A stretch of 64,000 nucleotides of DNA, taken from contig OZ024743.1 of the NCBI GenBank assembly GCA_964016885.1, positions 218,488,001 to 218,552,000 of the forward strand. Direction: 5' to 3'. A program made the position numbers and the translations under genes. Shown here in pieces: positions 38,885 through 51,998 of the stretch. How positions within the stretch are numbered: position 1 is the first letter of the stretch; the number at the start of each line of letters is the position of its first letter. The notes under the pieces were generated by a model that worked only from the letters and a program-made list of their open reading frames with translations, was not told where the DNA came from and did not search any database. This stretch comes from Eledone cirrhosa (taxonomy: Eukaryota).

Positions 38885-38957
38885 TTGGATTTTTCTTTCT
38901 CTATTTCATTTCTCAAACTTTGTTCAACTTCATCGGGTTTATCTGGATCAAGCTTCC
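38885..38957 (-). CDS. KIF6: KIF6 coding exon
   Basis: Acceptor ctttcag, donor gtaagg, 73 nt, phase 1 to 2. Encodes (G)KLDPDKPDEVEQSLRNEIEKEKS(K), similar to KIF6 PDxxEExLRxxLEEEK. It supplies exactly the phase bridge the next exon needs. Confidence 0.85.
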
Positions 38958-39960
38958 CTGAAAGTGATTAATAAACAAAACATTACCATCACCACCATCA
39001 TCTTCATTATCATGAAATCATTGTTATCAGAATAATTGTTTCTACTTTTGGCACAAGGTCAGCAATTTGAAGGGAAGAGCAAAGTCGATGAAATTAATCC
39101 CCAGTGCATTACTGGTACTTTATTTTATCAGCTAATTAAACAACTTATTGTTGTTATTATCATAATAATAATGAGTTCTACTATAGACACAAGGCTATTA
39201 TTATCATAATAATAACAAAAATAATTATAAGTTGTTTAATTAGATCAGCAAGAATTAGCTGGAAAGTCCTTAACACAAAGTAAGGACAGATATGAACAAT
39301 ATGGAAGGACCGAAGGACCATAATAGGATAAGAGACAAGAATACTTCCCATCATAAACCATGGGTTGTGATCCAATAGGAAACAGCATTAAGTCCCCAAA
39401 ACAACGGTATCAGAAACCCCCCAAATTTTCCAGGTACAGATCCATAGTCTCACAAAAAATACAACAGTTCTGTACATATTAAACAAGCTTTTGTTAACAT
39501 TTAAAAACATATTTTAAAGTATTTTGTCAACATTACCAGAGTGATTGCTATTAAATTTTACTGTTTAGGCTATATTAACCATTTTGTTGCCAAATTTTAA
39601 AAGAAATGGTTTGGTGTTTCAATTATTTTTGAAAATTTGAATATTTTACTGAGATAACTAATCATTTCATTAGTAAGTGATGTTTGAAATGTTACTTAAA
39701 AATTTCTTAAATAAAATTAGGATGGAAGGTGCCAATCTAAGTATGAATATTTTAAAATGAGCAGTCGGGTATTGTAGAACCAAAACTACCTGAAACCGAG
39801 AAGGTTTCAGGTAGTTAGGTGTCAAAAGTGTTAATAAAATCATAAAATGGTGCCTCTGACACCGTATGATTCTTGCTGAATCCTTGCATGCATATTTCAA
39901 CAGAATAGGACAAAATATGAAAGACATCAGAATGTATTAAATATTCAGATCTGAACTCAC

Positions 39961-40011
39961 CTTGTAATCCACACTGTAATCTGTGCTGTTCCACTTTAGA
40001 CTTCAGCTGGT
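39961..40011 (-). CDS. KIF6: KIF6 coding exon
   Basis: Acceptor tttttcag, donor gtgagt, 51 nt, phase 1 to 1. Encodes (N)QLKSKVEQHRLQCGLQ(G), in frame with both neighbouring exons. Confidence 0.85.
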
Positions 40012-40585
40012 CTGAAAAAAAAAGGAATAAATAGGAAGACACATTATAGAGAAGAGAAAGAACTGGTAAAAGAGTAGGAGAATAAGGAAGAGGAGCAAAA
40101 GAAGGTAGGATAGTAGGGGTTGATTGTAGTGATGGTGATGGTGATTATGATGATAATGATATGAAGATGGTGATAAAAATGATGGTAATAAGATTATGAT
40201 CATGATGGGCATGTTGATAATAATACTGCTGATAATGATGATAATGATAACAGTGACAATTATGGTGAGGATGATGATGATGATGGTCATGTGATGATCA
40301 TTATCATGACCATCATCATCATTATAACATCTTTCAACCATTACCATCTTTACAACTTTGGTTAACAGTAAAGTGAAAAAATAAAAAATACAAAAGTACA
40401 TAAATGAGAAACACTGAACCAGTTTGATAACATTTCTACCTCCACACATTATTGTTTAGAATGCGGGGCAGCCAGAGTATAAGCCCCCATTTGCTCATAA
40501 TACTGAGATATGGGGAGAGCAGAGGAGACAGAGGCAGTGACAGTGGGAGTTTGGTTCCTTGGTGTTCAGACATGGTGTATATGTA

Positions 40586-40753
40586 CCGTATTTCCCGACA
40601 CCGAAGAGGCTTCATCCTTGAAGACGCACCCTAATTTTGACAACCAAAAATTTGAAAAAAAATAATAAATAATATTTGGCCTCTAGGATGCATGGTAGAT
40701 TTTTTAGACTTATTTTAGGAAAAAAGTAGCATTTTCAATGCCGGAAAATACGT
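40586..40753. mobile_element. pogo/Tc2-like MITE
   Basis: TA|CCGTATTTCCCG ... CCGGAAAATACG.|TA. Confidence 0.65.
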
Positions 40754-42039
40754 TATATGTTTCACAGACACACACTCACACTGAGGCAATTTAATTTGAT
40801 ATTTAAAGAAGCCATTATGTCAGAAGCAAACCATTCCAAGCAGCAAACATGGCAATAAATGACATTTACCAATATTCAAGTGGAAAATGTAATATGATAA
40901 AGAAACATCGAATTAATTGTGCCTAGTGTCATCCCCAACTGCATAAGCTTTGTTGAGCCAAACATGAAACATCTATAGAGAGGCTCAATAAGCTACAAAT
41001 ATCAGCAAAATTTCACTCATATTACACTCTACTTATGTATGACATATGTATTCAGTACGGTATAGCACTGAGTACATTATAGCTTAAATAAAGATGAGAT
41101 GATCATGGCTTGAACATCAATAGGTCTGTTCAGTCGGAACTGACCTGAGACTAAAGAATAACAGCAACATGAAGCTGTGTGTTTAAAGATAATTGTTGTA
41201 TGAAGTGCCCAGTCCACACTATAAAGTGGTCATGTTGGTGCCATGACAAAAAGCACCCAGTCCACACTGTAAAGTGTTTGTTTTGGTACTATCAAGTTGT
41301 GATTTGAGGAAGATCTGGATGATAATTTACCAAGTTCAGTGACTATGTAAACCAGTGGTTTTCAGTCATTTTCACTCCATGTAAAACTAAGAAATGTACT
41401 AAAGGTGTTACAGTATACCATCAGCTTTTTGAAAATTTTATTATATATAAAACACAGTAAAATGGCTTTAAAACAAGGAAAGATGCATGCATTGCACTTT
41501 ACTGCTAAGTAATACACATGCACTGGTGCAATGCATTAAAAACATAGAAGTTTTCTAAATATCAGAGCATTTTCCAGCTTTCATTTTCATATTCCACAAT
41601 GCTTCAAGCAAACTATCATCACACTTTATTATCCTTACAGTTGAGCCAGAACCAGTTTGCAGCCATACTATATTGAAGTCAATGCTTCTTATTCAATGAA
41701 AAACAACTAGGAACAAAGCAAAACAACAACAAAATAACCAACAAGAGTACACAGCATAGAGTTCTTAGGTTGACACTGCAAGGATGAAATTAAGATGTGT
41801 TTAATGTTTCACACAGTAATCTTTTGGGAAACTATTTTTTATTCAAGAGAAACAATATGTATGCTTTGTGCTTTGGTTAATTTCTCATAGGATAGGAAGG
41901 TTCTCACTTAATCACTGATATTAGGTATTCTTTGGACTAGTATGTATGTTTAGATTAGTGATTGCTTGGGAGATGAAGGTAGTATAAATATCTTATTTAT
42001 TTATGTATTCATTAGTTAAATTGATCAAATGAGTAACTT

Positions 42040-42222
42040 AATTGTTTCTACTTTAGGCACAAGGCCAGCAATTACCAGTGCATTACTGGTACTTTATTTT
42101 ATCGACCCCGTAAGGATGAAAGGCAAAGTCAACCTCGGCGGGATTTGAACTCAGATGGTAAAGGGACGTAACTATGCTGGAAAGCATGGCGTCCGACCCT
42201 CTACCGATACTGCCAATCCACC
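42040..42222 (-). mobile_element. tRNA-derived SINE, well-preserved copy
   Basis: Reverse complement of the 1684-1870 family. Confidence 0.85.
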
Positions 42223-42599
42223 GACACCAACCCAATCCACCTTACTGTTAGGAATAGTCATTATTACTATTTTTTTACTGGGAATACTTACTTGTGACAA
42301 TAACGTCCTACCTAAGAAAAGATCCATCTCTCATCCACTTAATTTCATGGAAAATGGAGTTAAGCACTGGCTCTTGTGAGGTTCATAAAGTAATTAGAGG
42401 CATTTAAAGAATTATGAATGAGAAAGAAGAGAAAGTAGTAAAAGAGTTAAAGATATCTGAGGGTTTATGTGTATATCTGTACATGTGTGTATGCATGTGT
42501 AATTATAGTAAACACTGTGCAATTACTTTTTCTTGTATCGTCTAATCTTTTTCCTATTGTTTTTATTTTCTAATATCATCAATCAAACTTGTTGAGGGA

Positions 42600-44920
42600 A
42601 TCATCATCATCATCTTCGTTTAACATCCATTTTCCACGCTAGCATGGGTTAGACGGGAGTTGTCCCACTTGAGGCAAGGCTGGTCAGGTGACCGTGTCTC
42701 ACTCATATAGGACTATCTGGCAGGTTTTCTACAGCTGGAAGCCCTTCCTAACACCAACCACATTTATAGTGTGGAACTGGGAACTTTTTACAGTGTTACC
42801 TACACGGCCACATTACAGCGTGGACTGTGTGTATTTTTTGTTGTGACACCTACACGATCTCGATCTCATTATCTCGTGCTGTTGGTGGGAGTGGGAGGAT
42901 AGGGTAGGGGTAGTGGATTGGGGTGTATATTTGGTTAAAGGTGCCTACTGACTGTAGGTTTTGCTTTGTACATAGGCAAGGCAGGTTTTCTGTATTACTG
43001 CGTAGTGCCAAAGATCTCAGTCCAGAGACATTGTCTTAGAGAGATGTAAGTGTGTAAGGTCGGAATTTATCAGATCATCCCAGGTTTTTCTGGGTCTACC
43101 TACTCCGTAACTACCATCAATTTTGATCGCCCTGCACTTTTTTATGCAGCTGTCGTCTTTCATGCGCATCACGTAACCATACCAACGTAGTCTTCTCTCA
43201 AGTAAACAGCATCTGATCTCTCTTATTCCTAATTTCTCACTTAGTTCATTTATGCTTTGCTGTTCACATATATTACTATTACACATCCAACGGAGCATGC
43301 ATGCTTTGTTCCTTTCCAGTGTCTACTATTTCTATAGAACCATCTGGGCAATAGAAGGAGCTAGTATCCTTTGGACACTTGCTACTTATTGCACCTGAGC
43401 ATTGGCCACATATAAAGTCTATGTAATTAGATAGTTTAACTGTGATCCCACTACATCTTTTATGTACCCATACTTTGCATTTGGGACATAAAATGGAATT
43501 TCTGCCTACTCCTTTCCTACACACTGAGCATGGCCATTTCCCTGAGGGCACCTGTGCCCTATTTTCCTTTCTACAAACTAGACAAGTTAACTTTAAGGCC
43601 TTTTGATTCTAGGCCATGCTTCCATGTTTCGAATTTCTTCTCTAGTTCAGCCATTGATTCAGCTATGAGCGTTAGATCATCTGCGTATAGGAGTTCCCAT
43701 GGGCAGCCGGTCTTGAACTCCTCTGTTATAGCCTGAAGGGAAATAATAAATAAGAGTGGGCTAAGGACAGAGCCTTGATGAACGCCAACTTTTACACTAA
43801 ATTCTTCACAATATTCACTGTTAATTCTAACCTTACTGACTGTTTCATTATACATAGCTTGTATAGCTCTCACAAGCCATTCATCTACACCTAGTTTTCT
43901 AAGGGCCCACCAGATAATCGAGCGGGTACTTTGTCAAAGGCTTTCTCCAAGTCAACAAAAGCTAAGTATAGGGGTTTACTTTTAGCTAGGTACTTCTCCT
44001 GTAGTTGTCGTACAATGAAAAGAGTGTCTGTTGTACTTTTACCTGACACAAACCTGAACTGCATTTCGTCTAGATCAATTCGCTCTGATTAGTTGCGCAA
44101 TTACTTTTTCTGTGACCTTCATGACCTGGTCAACTAACTTAATGCCTCTATAGTTTCCCCTATCTAGAGCATCCCCTTTACCCTTGTAGCAGTTAAGGAT
44201 GATGCTGCTACGCCAGTCTTTCAGTATGACCCCATTCTATATTACTTGGTTAACTATACGGGTGACCATAGTGTGTCCCACCATATCAGATGCCTTCAAC
44301 ATCGCAGCAACTATCTCCGAAGGCCCAGCTGCCTTGCCTCTCTTCATATCTTTGATTGTCTTACTTATTATATACCTTTAACTTGCACCGCTGGTCCTTC
44401 TATTGGATCAATTTGGGACAGACTATCTTTTTCCCATTTATTCTCCTCATTTAATAGTCTCTTGTAGTGACACTTCCAGGCTATCTTCTTATCAGTATCA
44501 GTGAGCGCAAGTACACCATTATCATTACGGACACACTTCTCCCCGACAATATCACGGTTTTCCTTGACACATTGTCTAGCAATCCTGAACACCTCACGTT
44601 TTTGGTCCTCACGTTGTAGAACATGCTTGAACTTTCTATCCTCTGCTACCCTTTTTGCAAGGTACACTTGTCTCCTAGCTTCTCTCCTGGCCACTTGATA
44701 GTGCTCTCTACTTCCCCCATCCTGCCATACTTTCCAAGCCTGCTTTTTGGCCTTGATTGTCTCTTCCACCTTAATGTTCCACCACCAAACCACCAAATTA
44801 CTCTCCTCCTGCCAATAGGTCTGCTCCAGCCACAGATTTCATCCGTTGCTTTCAGCAGGTTCACTTTCAAGAATTGCCACTGTTCCTCTATATCGCACGT
44901 CTCTAATTGCTCTTCCTTGA
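42600..44920 (-). mobile_element. RTE LINE, 5'-truncated and degenerate
   Basis: ORF fragments at 43017-44951 match 4533-6921 (YADD, PHD finger). There is an internal deletion near 43315, several indels and a (GAT)n tail. Confidence 0.95.
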
Positions 44921-45202
44921 AATAATGAAAAACATGTTCAAGTAGAAGCATGTGTGATTTGAGGCAAAGCTGCTCAACAACTGATTACAAACTAAAGAGT
45001 TTAAACCTTACTAAAGTTATTCCACTCAACTCCACTTCAAGTAAGACACATTGTTCCTGATGTGGAAAACCATCACATGGAAAAACTGATAAAAAATGGT
45101 AAATACACACTTCTTGTTCAGTATAGTTATCTATTTCTGTATGAAGTGATCCACAGTGTAAAAGATGCTTTGGACTCAACACTGGTCAATCCATTCTCAT
45201 TA

Positions 45203-46939
45203 CACCCTGTTCCTGGCTTGTAATCACTTTTTTGTGTTGCTTAGGTCCCAAATAAATAAAAAAAAGTGCTATTAAACAGTTAAAAGTTTGGGTTTGTAAA
45301 ATTTCTAAGCTATTCACTAGAATTATTTGTATGCTGGATTTTAACGTCATATGTAAGTTTAATTTGCTTATGTTAAATGGGTTTTTTTATATATGTTTCA
45401 GGTTAAATTAAAATTATAAAATAAAGAGTAATACCTAAAGAAAATTATAAAGTATAAAATTGTTAAAAAGTGGATTAAAGAGATTTATTGATACTGGGGT
45501 ACCAGAAAGAGTTCCTCACTTCCCAAACCAAAAAGAAGTCAATGACTAGGTCAGGGATATGGGTCTGACCAAGTCCAATGCAGAGCTATTTGTCTCCAGG
45601 ATGAAGCCGTGGAACTTGGTCAAGGAGGAAGTGCAGGTGACAAGTCAGAGAAGTCGACACAAACCTTTCTCAGGCTTTTACACTCTTAGGGATGGCCTCT
45701 GCTTCTGCCACGACGTGCCTGGACTGTTTGACGTTAATGGGGTGCCGTTTGTGCCCAAGGAGTGGCGGCTATTTATAGACAGCTCCACCACAAGTTTGAA
45801 GACTGTCCTCCTCCACAATGGAAACAAGTTCCCGACACTGCCCCTAGCTCATTCAGTCTGCCTGAAGGAAGATTACTACAGTGGGAAAGTCCTCTTGGAA
45901 GCTCTGCAATACAAACAGTACAATTGGGAAATCATTGGAGACTTCAAGATGGTGGCTTTCCTGCTTGGACTCCAAGGAGGCTTTATCAAATTCCAATGCT
46001 TCCTCTGCCTTTGGGACAGCAGAGCCACCTTTGACCACTACAAAAGAAAGAACTGGGAGCAGCGAACAGAATTTGTAGTTGGGACCCGGAACATCATGTG
46101 GGAGCCACTGGTTGATCCCAGGATTGTGCTCATGCCACAACTGCACATTAAGTTAGGGTTGATGAAGCAGTTTGTGAAGGCTCTCAACCAAGAATCAGCC
46201 GCTTTTAAGTACCTTCTTGAGTTCTTCCCCAAGTTATCTGAGGCCAAAATCAAAGGTGGAATTTTTGTTGGACCTCAGATAAAGAAGGTGTTTGAGTCTA
46301 CCGAGTTCTCCAATAAGCTCAATAGGATTGAGAGAACAGCATGGAACTGTTTCAAGGCAGTTGTTAAGGGCTTCCTGGGCCACTACAGAGCTGAAAACTA
46401 CCAGCAACTGGTGCAGGATCTGATAAAGGCTTTTGGCACCATGGGATGCAGGATGTTGCTTAAACTCCATATGCTGGACGCTCACCTGGAAAAATTCAAG
46501 GGCAATATGGGCGCCTACTCAGAAGAACAAGGCGAACGATTCCACCAAGATGTGAAAGAGATAGAGCGGAGGTACCAGGGCCACTACAATGAAAAAATGA
46601 TGGGGGACTATATCTGGGGGCTAGTGTGGGAATGCGACCTGGACTACAACTGCAAATCCAGGAAATCAAGTCATTTCTGACGTGTATAAATTGCTTTATA
46701 AGTGTTATTTGTTTTTACTTGTTTGTTTTTGATAAGCTTGTGTAATAAAATAAATATATACTCTGTTGATTTAATTATATGAACTGATAAATTAAAAAAA
46801 AAATGTGTTTTTTCTTGAAAAATATGAAAGTTTTGAAATATCAAAATCCTGACCACAAACCCAAACTTCTGATTAAATAATAGTGTTTTTTTTATAATAA
46901 TGGGATATAGCAAACCAGGAAATGACACTTAGAACAGTG
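45203..46939 (+). mobile_element. Chapaev3-like (CMC superfamily) DNA transposon
   Basis: Termini TTA|CAC...GTG|TTA with a 3-bp TTA TSD, and imperfect TIRs (CACCCTGTTC vs CACTGTTC). Confidence 0.7.
45559..46680 (+). pseudogene. Transposase ORF (373 aa), N-terminally truncated
   Basis: Motifs WRLFIDSS, LLHNGN, GDFK, CFLCLWDSRA, LHIKLGLMKQFVKA and EQGERFHQD are typical of this family. The upstream frame PHFPNQKEVND*VRD has a stop, and no N-terminal Zn-finger region is seen. Confidence 0.8.
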
Positions 46940-48910
46940 TTATTGGTCATTGTTTGGCTTCACTAAATCAACTGGCTTTATCTTCATTAACTTTTTTGAA
47001 ACCAAACTGCTTGAAACTGCTCCTGGTTTAAGCAGTTTGGTTTCAAAATACAAAGCTGTCTATTTTTAAATGTTTATATATATCTGAAAATTTTCCATCA
47101 TAATTTTATGTAAGAACTTTGTTAAGTTAAATTTAAAACATCAGCTTAATAATGAGAAAGTTATTTATATTGTTCCAAATTCTTGATTGTTTTCAAAACT
47201 ATTTGAAAGTCATGGGCAATATCTTTCATTAGAAATATGGTAATGAAAGAGTAACACACACAAGAAGTGCAATATCAGAATATCCTAGATGATGGACCAT
47301 TCTTCTGACTGCAGGAGGCTCAATATTTATCTCTGACTGGTATTTTCTCTTTTGTTTTTATTAATCAATATCCTCTCATATTCTTTCATTTCAACTAGCC
47401 TGCTCATCAGCCTTTACATTCACTTAAAAGACCAAATAATGGGTTGGGCTTTCTCCCCTTTTCACTGGCAGAGTATTGTGTCAATGACCTAGCTACTTAA
47501 CTTAAACTTATACACAGCCCAGAACATCACCCTAAACTAAAAATAGGCACTTCAAAATAGTATGACAGTAACAATTTACTATTCTAAAGAGTGTTGGAAC
47601 TGTTAAAATAACAAGTGATCTGTTAGCTTGTAGTTCTCAGTTCAACTGCTTCTATGGGTCATATGCTTTGGGAAGGAATGCCACCCTCCCCACAAGATAG
47701 ATTTCCCCAGTCGATGTTGTAAAGTGGTTGGTGATAGGAAGCTGTAAAAGAATTTTTAAATCAAAGGAAGAACAGAACAAAAAACATGTAAACTCCACAA
47801 GCCACAACACAAAAAACATCTCTAGGGGAGACGTAACTCTGAATAATAACTGATAAAATGTAAATAAGATTCTTAAGTCCCATTGCAAAGAACCTCTCTA
47901 ATGTCTGAAAGCAGATATTTCAAAAGTGTCTTTTTTATTTGAGTTACCAAGTAAGAATATATATTCTACTTATTTTAAAATATTCAAAAGTTTATTTAAA
48001 TATATAAAAATGTTGTAGTGATACAATGTCTCTCTTTACCTCTTCTATCATTATGAGAAATCCACCCCATTCATGCCCAATAAACTCCCCCATTTCTCCT
48101 TATCTCATAACCTTTTGTGTCTCTTCACCTAGAATTTGACTGGAAAACATACAAGAGCATCTGCTGTATGAAAAGCAATTATTAATAAGTAGGTGATAAC
48201 ATGCTTAATGTAATGAACCAAGAAATTTTAATCAATTAAAATTACCACCACACTCAGCGAAACCAAACCTTATCTTCATTAATAATTTTGGTCAAGAAAT
48301 GCAGCGGAGACAATCCCAGGTATTTAAATTAACTGTTTCTACTTTTGACACAAGGCCAGCAATTATCCCAGTGTATTACTGGTACTTTATTTTATCAACC
48401 CCGTAAGGATGAAAGGCAAAGTTAACCTCAACGGGATTTGAACTCAGACCAAGTATTTAAATTAACAGGAGCATGTTATCATGGATCTGAGAAAAAACAA
48501 AAGTTTGTAACATCCAAGAAATCATTAGCAAAGTAAAATGGAAGTTGGTGAGACACATTGCCAGAATGACTGACAACAGATGGACCATCTGCATCACTTG
48601 CTGGACCCCACAACATCACACAAGAAACTGAGGCCACCAGATGACCAGGTGGTGAGATAACCTTGAGAAAATGAAAATTTTGGCCATGAATGGCTCAGGA
48701 TCAACAAAGGTGACACAGCTCGGTGAAGGCCTATGTCCAAAAATGGACTTTCTGAAGATGAAGATGAAGATGTTAACATCTAGTTAATTATATATTCTTG
48801 ATGTTACATGCAAATAAATACATGACATACCAAGAAGCAATATTGACAGTGTATTAAAAAAGAATATTATAACTTTCAACTCATGAAAGATAATGAAGTA
48901 ATAGACTTAC

Positions 48911-49069
48911 TGATTTTTAGTCGTGATGCATTTACTTGTTCTCCAAGAGATTTTGCCTCTGAATATTGTTCTTTCAACTCTATTTTCTTCAACTTGATTG
49001 CATCATTATCTTTGTATTCTTGGCAGAATATTTCAAAAGCTTCCTGTCTACCCAATGACATTGAACCCA
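48911..49069 (-). CDS. KIF6: KIF6 kinesin, coding exon (tail/coiled coil)
   Basis: Translates to GSMSLGRQEAFEIFCQEYKDNDAIKLKKIELKEQYSEAKSLGEQVNASRLKI, which matches the KIF6 motif MSLGxQEAFEIF...SEAKxLGE as I recall it. Acceptor ctaatag, donor gtaagt, 159 nt, phase 1 to 1. Confidence 0.9.
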
Positions 49070-51710
49070 CTATTAGAAGAAAAAAAAAGCAAAATAAACA
49101 GAAAAAAAAACACTCACATAAACTTACTTCAAAATATTTTACATTTTTTTTTTACATCTATTTTTCCATGTACAAGACAGATTGTGCAAACTTGGAAATG
49201 TGTATAGTGTGTATGTAGTTAAGTATTTATTAGTTGTTCAAATCGAAATAAACAGAATTATAATAAAAGACATTCTAACCATAAGAATCTCTTCTTTTTT
49301 TAGACTGTTTATACAGTATCACTTTATCCAATGTATAATTCCTTTTCCTAAGATGGTGAGGTGGGGCTTGGAAGTTGATTTTGTAGAGCAGATAGAGTAT
49401 CAGATAGAATGCATTACAATATTTGTTCCAGCTCTTTGTGTTCTATGTTTGATGCCTACTGAGGCTGAAATAAACTTTGCCTTCCCTCTTTTTGGGGGCT
49501 GATAAAGAAAGTACCAACCTTATACTGGTGCAGCCCTCTCTCCCTTTAATTATCATACATTGGATATTCAGCAGGATTAAGGGTAGAAGGGTTAAAATGA
49601 TGTCTGTGTCTGCTTGTGACTACATGGGCACCTAAAAACTATTAGAGAAAGCTACCAAGTTATACTTAACTTCAAGTGAGAGTTATGATTTGAGGGTGAT
49701 TTGATTTCTAATTCTAGCGAGTTGAATGGCCATGTAGAAACACTTTCATTGGTTCCTAATTATTGTTGTTGGTTTTAGAAGTGAATACCTCACCTACTGT
49801 TAAACAATCCTGTTTAACCTATTAATCAGACAGGCAGACTGAAGCAAATAAAGTTATGCACCTTACTAAAATAACATCTGATATCACTACAGCAATATAT
49901 AATCTGGCTATGTTCTTATCATCATGTAGTACCACATGAATGGACTAAATTCTTACAATAGCAATAAACAAAAGAAACATGGAAAATATTCAAGGAAATA
50001 CAGAAATATTCACATTTAAACTAATTATTCTTGTTTTACAAAATCAATATTTATTTTAGTTTTTCCTTTATAATTTTTTCATTATATTCCTTTTATTTGA
50101 GAAATATTCTTGAAGACAAGTAAGAATGTTTCCTTTATAATTGCTTGAATAATTTCCAATACCTTAATGTTTCTGTTCAACTGTTTTATAAATTTTTGCT
50201 TTTAAATCTCTTTTTTCTCCTTCTTTAATTAATTGTATACAATACTAAAATATGTGCAATTTGTCTTGAAAAACCATTAATGTAAACTATTATATATTAA
50301 TGAAATATCTTTGACAATAAATATCTATCTATGTACCAATCTATCTATCAAATATTCAATTAAGCATAAACCACTTAAAATATACTTGTATATGTGAACA
50401 CTATAACCACCATCTTCGACTCCATTTTATACATTACATCACATGCCACTGTGCTATACTATATTACAGAAAACATTAGAATTACAATATCTCATGACGG
50501 TCACATCAATATACTTTATTTATCTCTAATCCATTAAACTGTTTAGAGCAACAACAACAGGAATGGCAACAGGAGAATTATCATTGTCGGAACAGAGCAC
50601 TAAGGCCATCACCTAAATTACTATCTCCTTCCAAATCATATTCATCTGTGAGCACTCATTTTATTAGAAATAGTAGCCAAATTGCTCTCAAATTACACCC
50701 TATCAAGTTTTAAAATTATATACTGGATAATGAAAGCCAGAATATACTATGTTTGAAAATACTTTGGATAGTTATGGCTGTATACTCTTGATTCTATATA
50801 GGTCTGCATGATTAGGACTAAATTGAAGACAATAAAGCAATGAGCCACTATCACTACTATGCAATATCACCTAATATTATTCAATCATCTGACTGCTACT
50901 TACATCATTACAGGATCTATCACCAACACCAGTATCCACCAATATCAATCTGAGGGGAGGGGTTTCTACATGATTGCTTAAAATTTGCTGTCAAATCACC
51001 CTTAAACCTGGGTGACCTGCACTGCTTTCTGTTTGGTTTGGGTCATGTCTTCAGGAGTGTAGCCATACTCACCACAATTGACCAATTGCAAGTTGATGAG
51101 GCATAGTTGGGGTGGATGGCTGTTGACTCTGAGAAGTTCATCTATCCTTTTAACAGCTTTTGTTTTTTTGTACTGCTGGAGTTCCACTTACCTTCCTCAC
51201 CAGACCAGGGAAAGGAGAAGGAGCCAGTTTCGCTGCTGACTATTCAACCATAAAGCTGGTTGTACTGGATTACATGGTACCAGTAGCAGGCAGAAGCCTG
51301 ACCTGATCCGTAAACCACACTTTACTATATTTAAAAAAAACATAAGGCCACATTGGATAATGTAGTTCTAAATAATCCTAGATACAGTATATCTTGATAA
51401 AAGACAAGGGGGTCATAGTTGAAACATCTTTAATTCTATGTCTGCTTGATCAGAACTATCCTGTATATAAACAACAACCTCCTACCAGTGCCCTCCACTC
51501 TCAATCAATATCCTTACAACTGATGCCGTATCATTAGTAGTTGTATCATCAGTAGTTGCTGTAGCAAACAGTTTTATGGAATATTTAATTTTAATGTCTA
51601 TATTTCAAGATTTTATTTATGAATGACAAAAAAAAATATCTATGAATAACATACAGAAAAAAAAAAGAGAAGAAAGGTGGAGGAGAAATGGGGTAAGGGA
51701 AACTCTTCAC

Positions 51711-51998
51711 CAGAGGTTCTCAAATTGGGCACTACTGCTCCCCCTCCCCCTGGGGCATTGAGAAGGTCCAAGGGGGCACTGGAGGGGGGGTAGAGATGCT
51801 ATAATAGTATATTATATATAAATTTAGTAAAATAAAAAAATATATATTTATTTATACACAGAACATATATAATTTATTATATATTATTTACAATTTGTAT
51901 GTAGACAGGTCTCTCTGGAAATAGGGGTGGGTGGCACTGAGAGTATTATGTGGCCATGTATGGAGAGTGAAATTGGGTTGAAGTAGTTTGGAAGACTG
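51711..51998. mobile_element. Possible hAT-type MITE
   Basis: Ends CAGAGGTTCTCAAA ... TTTGGAAGACTG. No TSD found. Confidence 0.35.

Noticed and set aside
50160-50250. Possible upstream KIF6 exon (LKKEKK-like, bounded by AG and GT)
   Set aside because: There are stop codons in all three frames. I could not identify any exon upstream of 49069 in this window.
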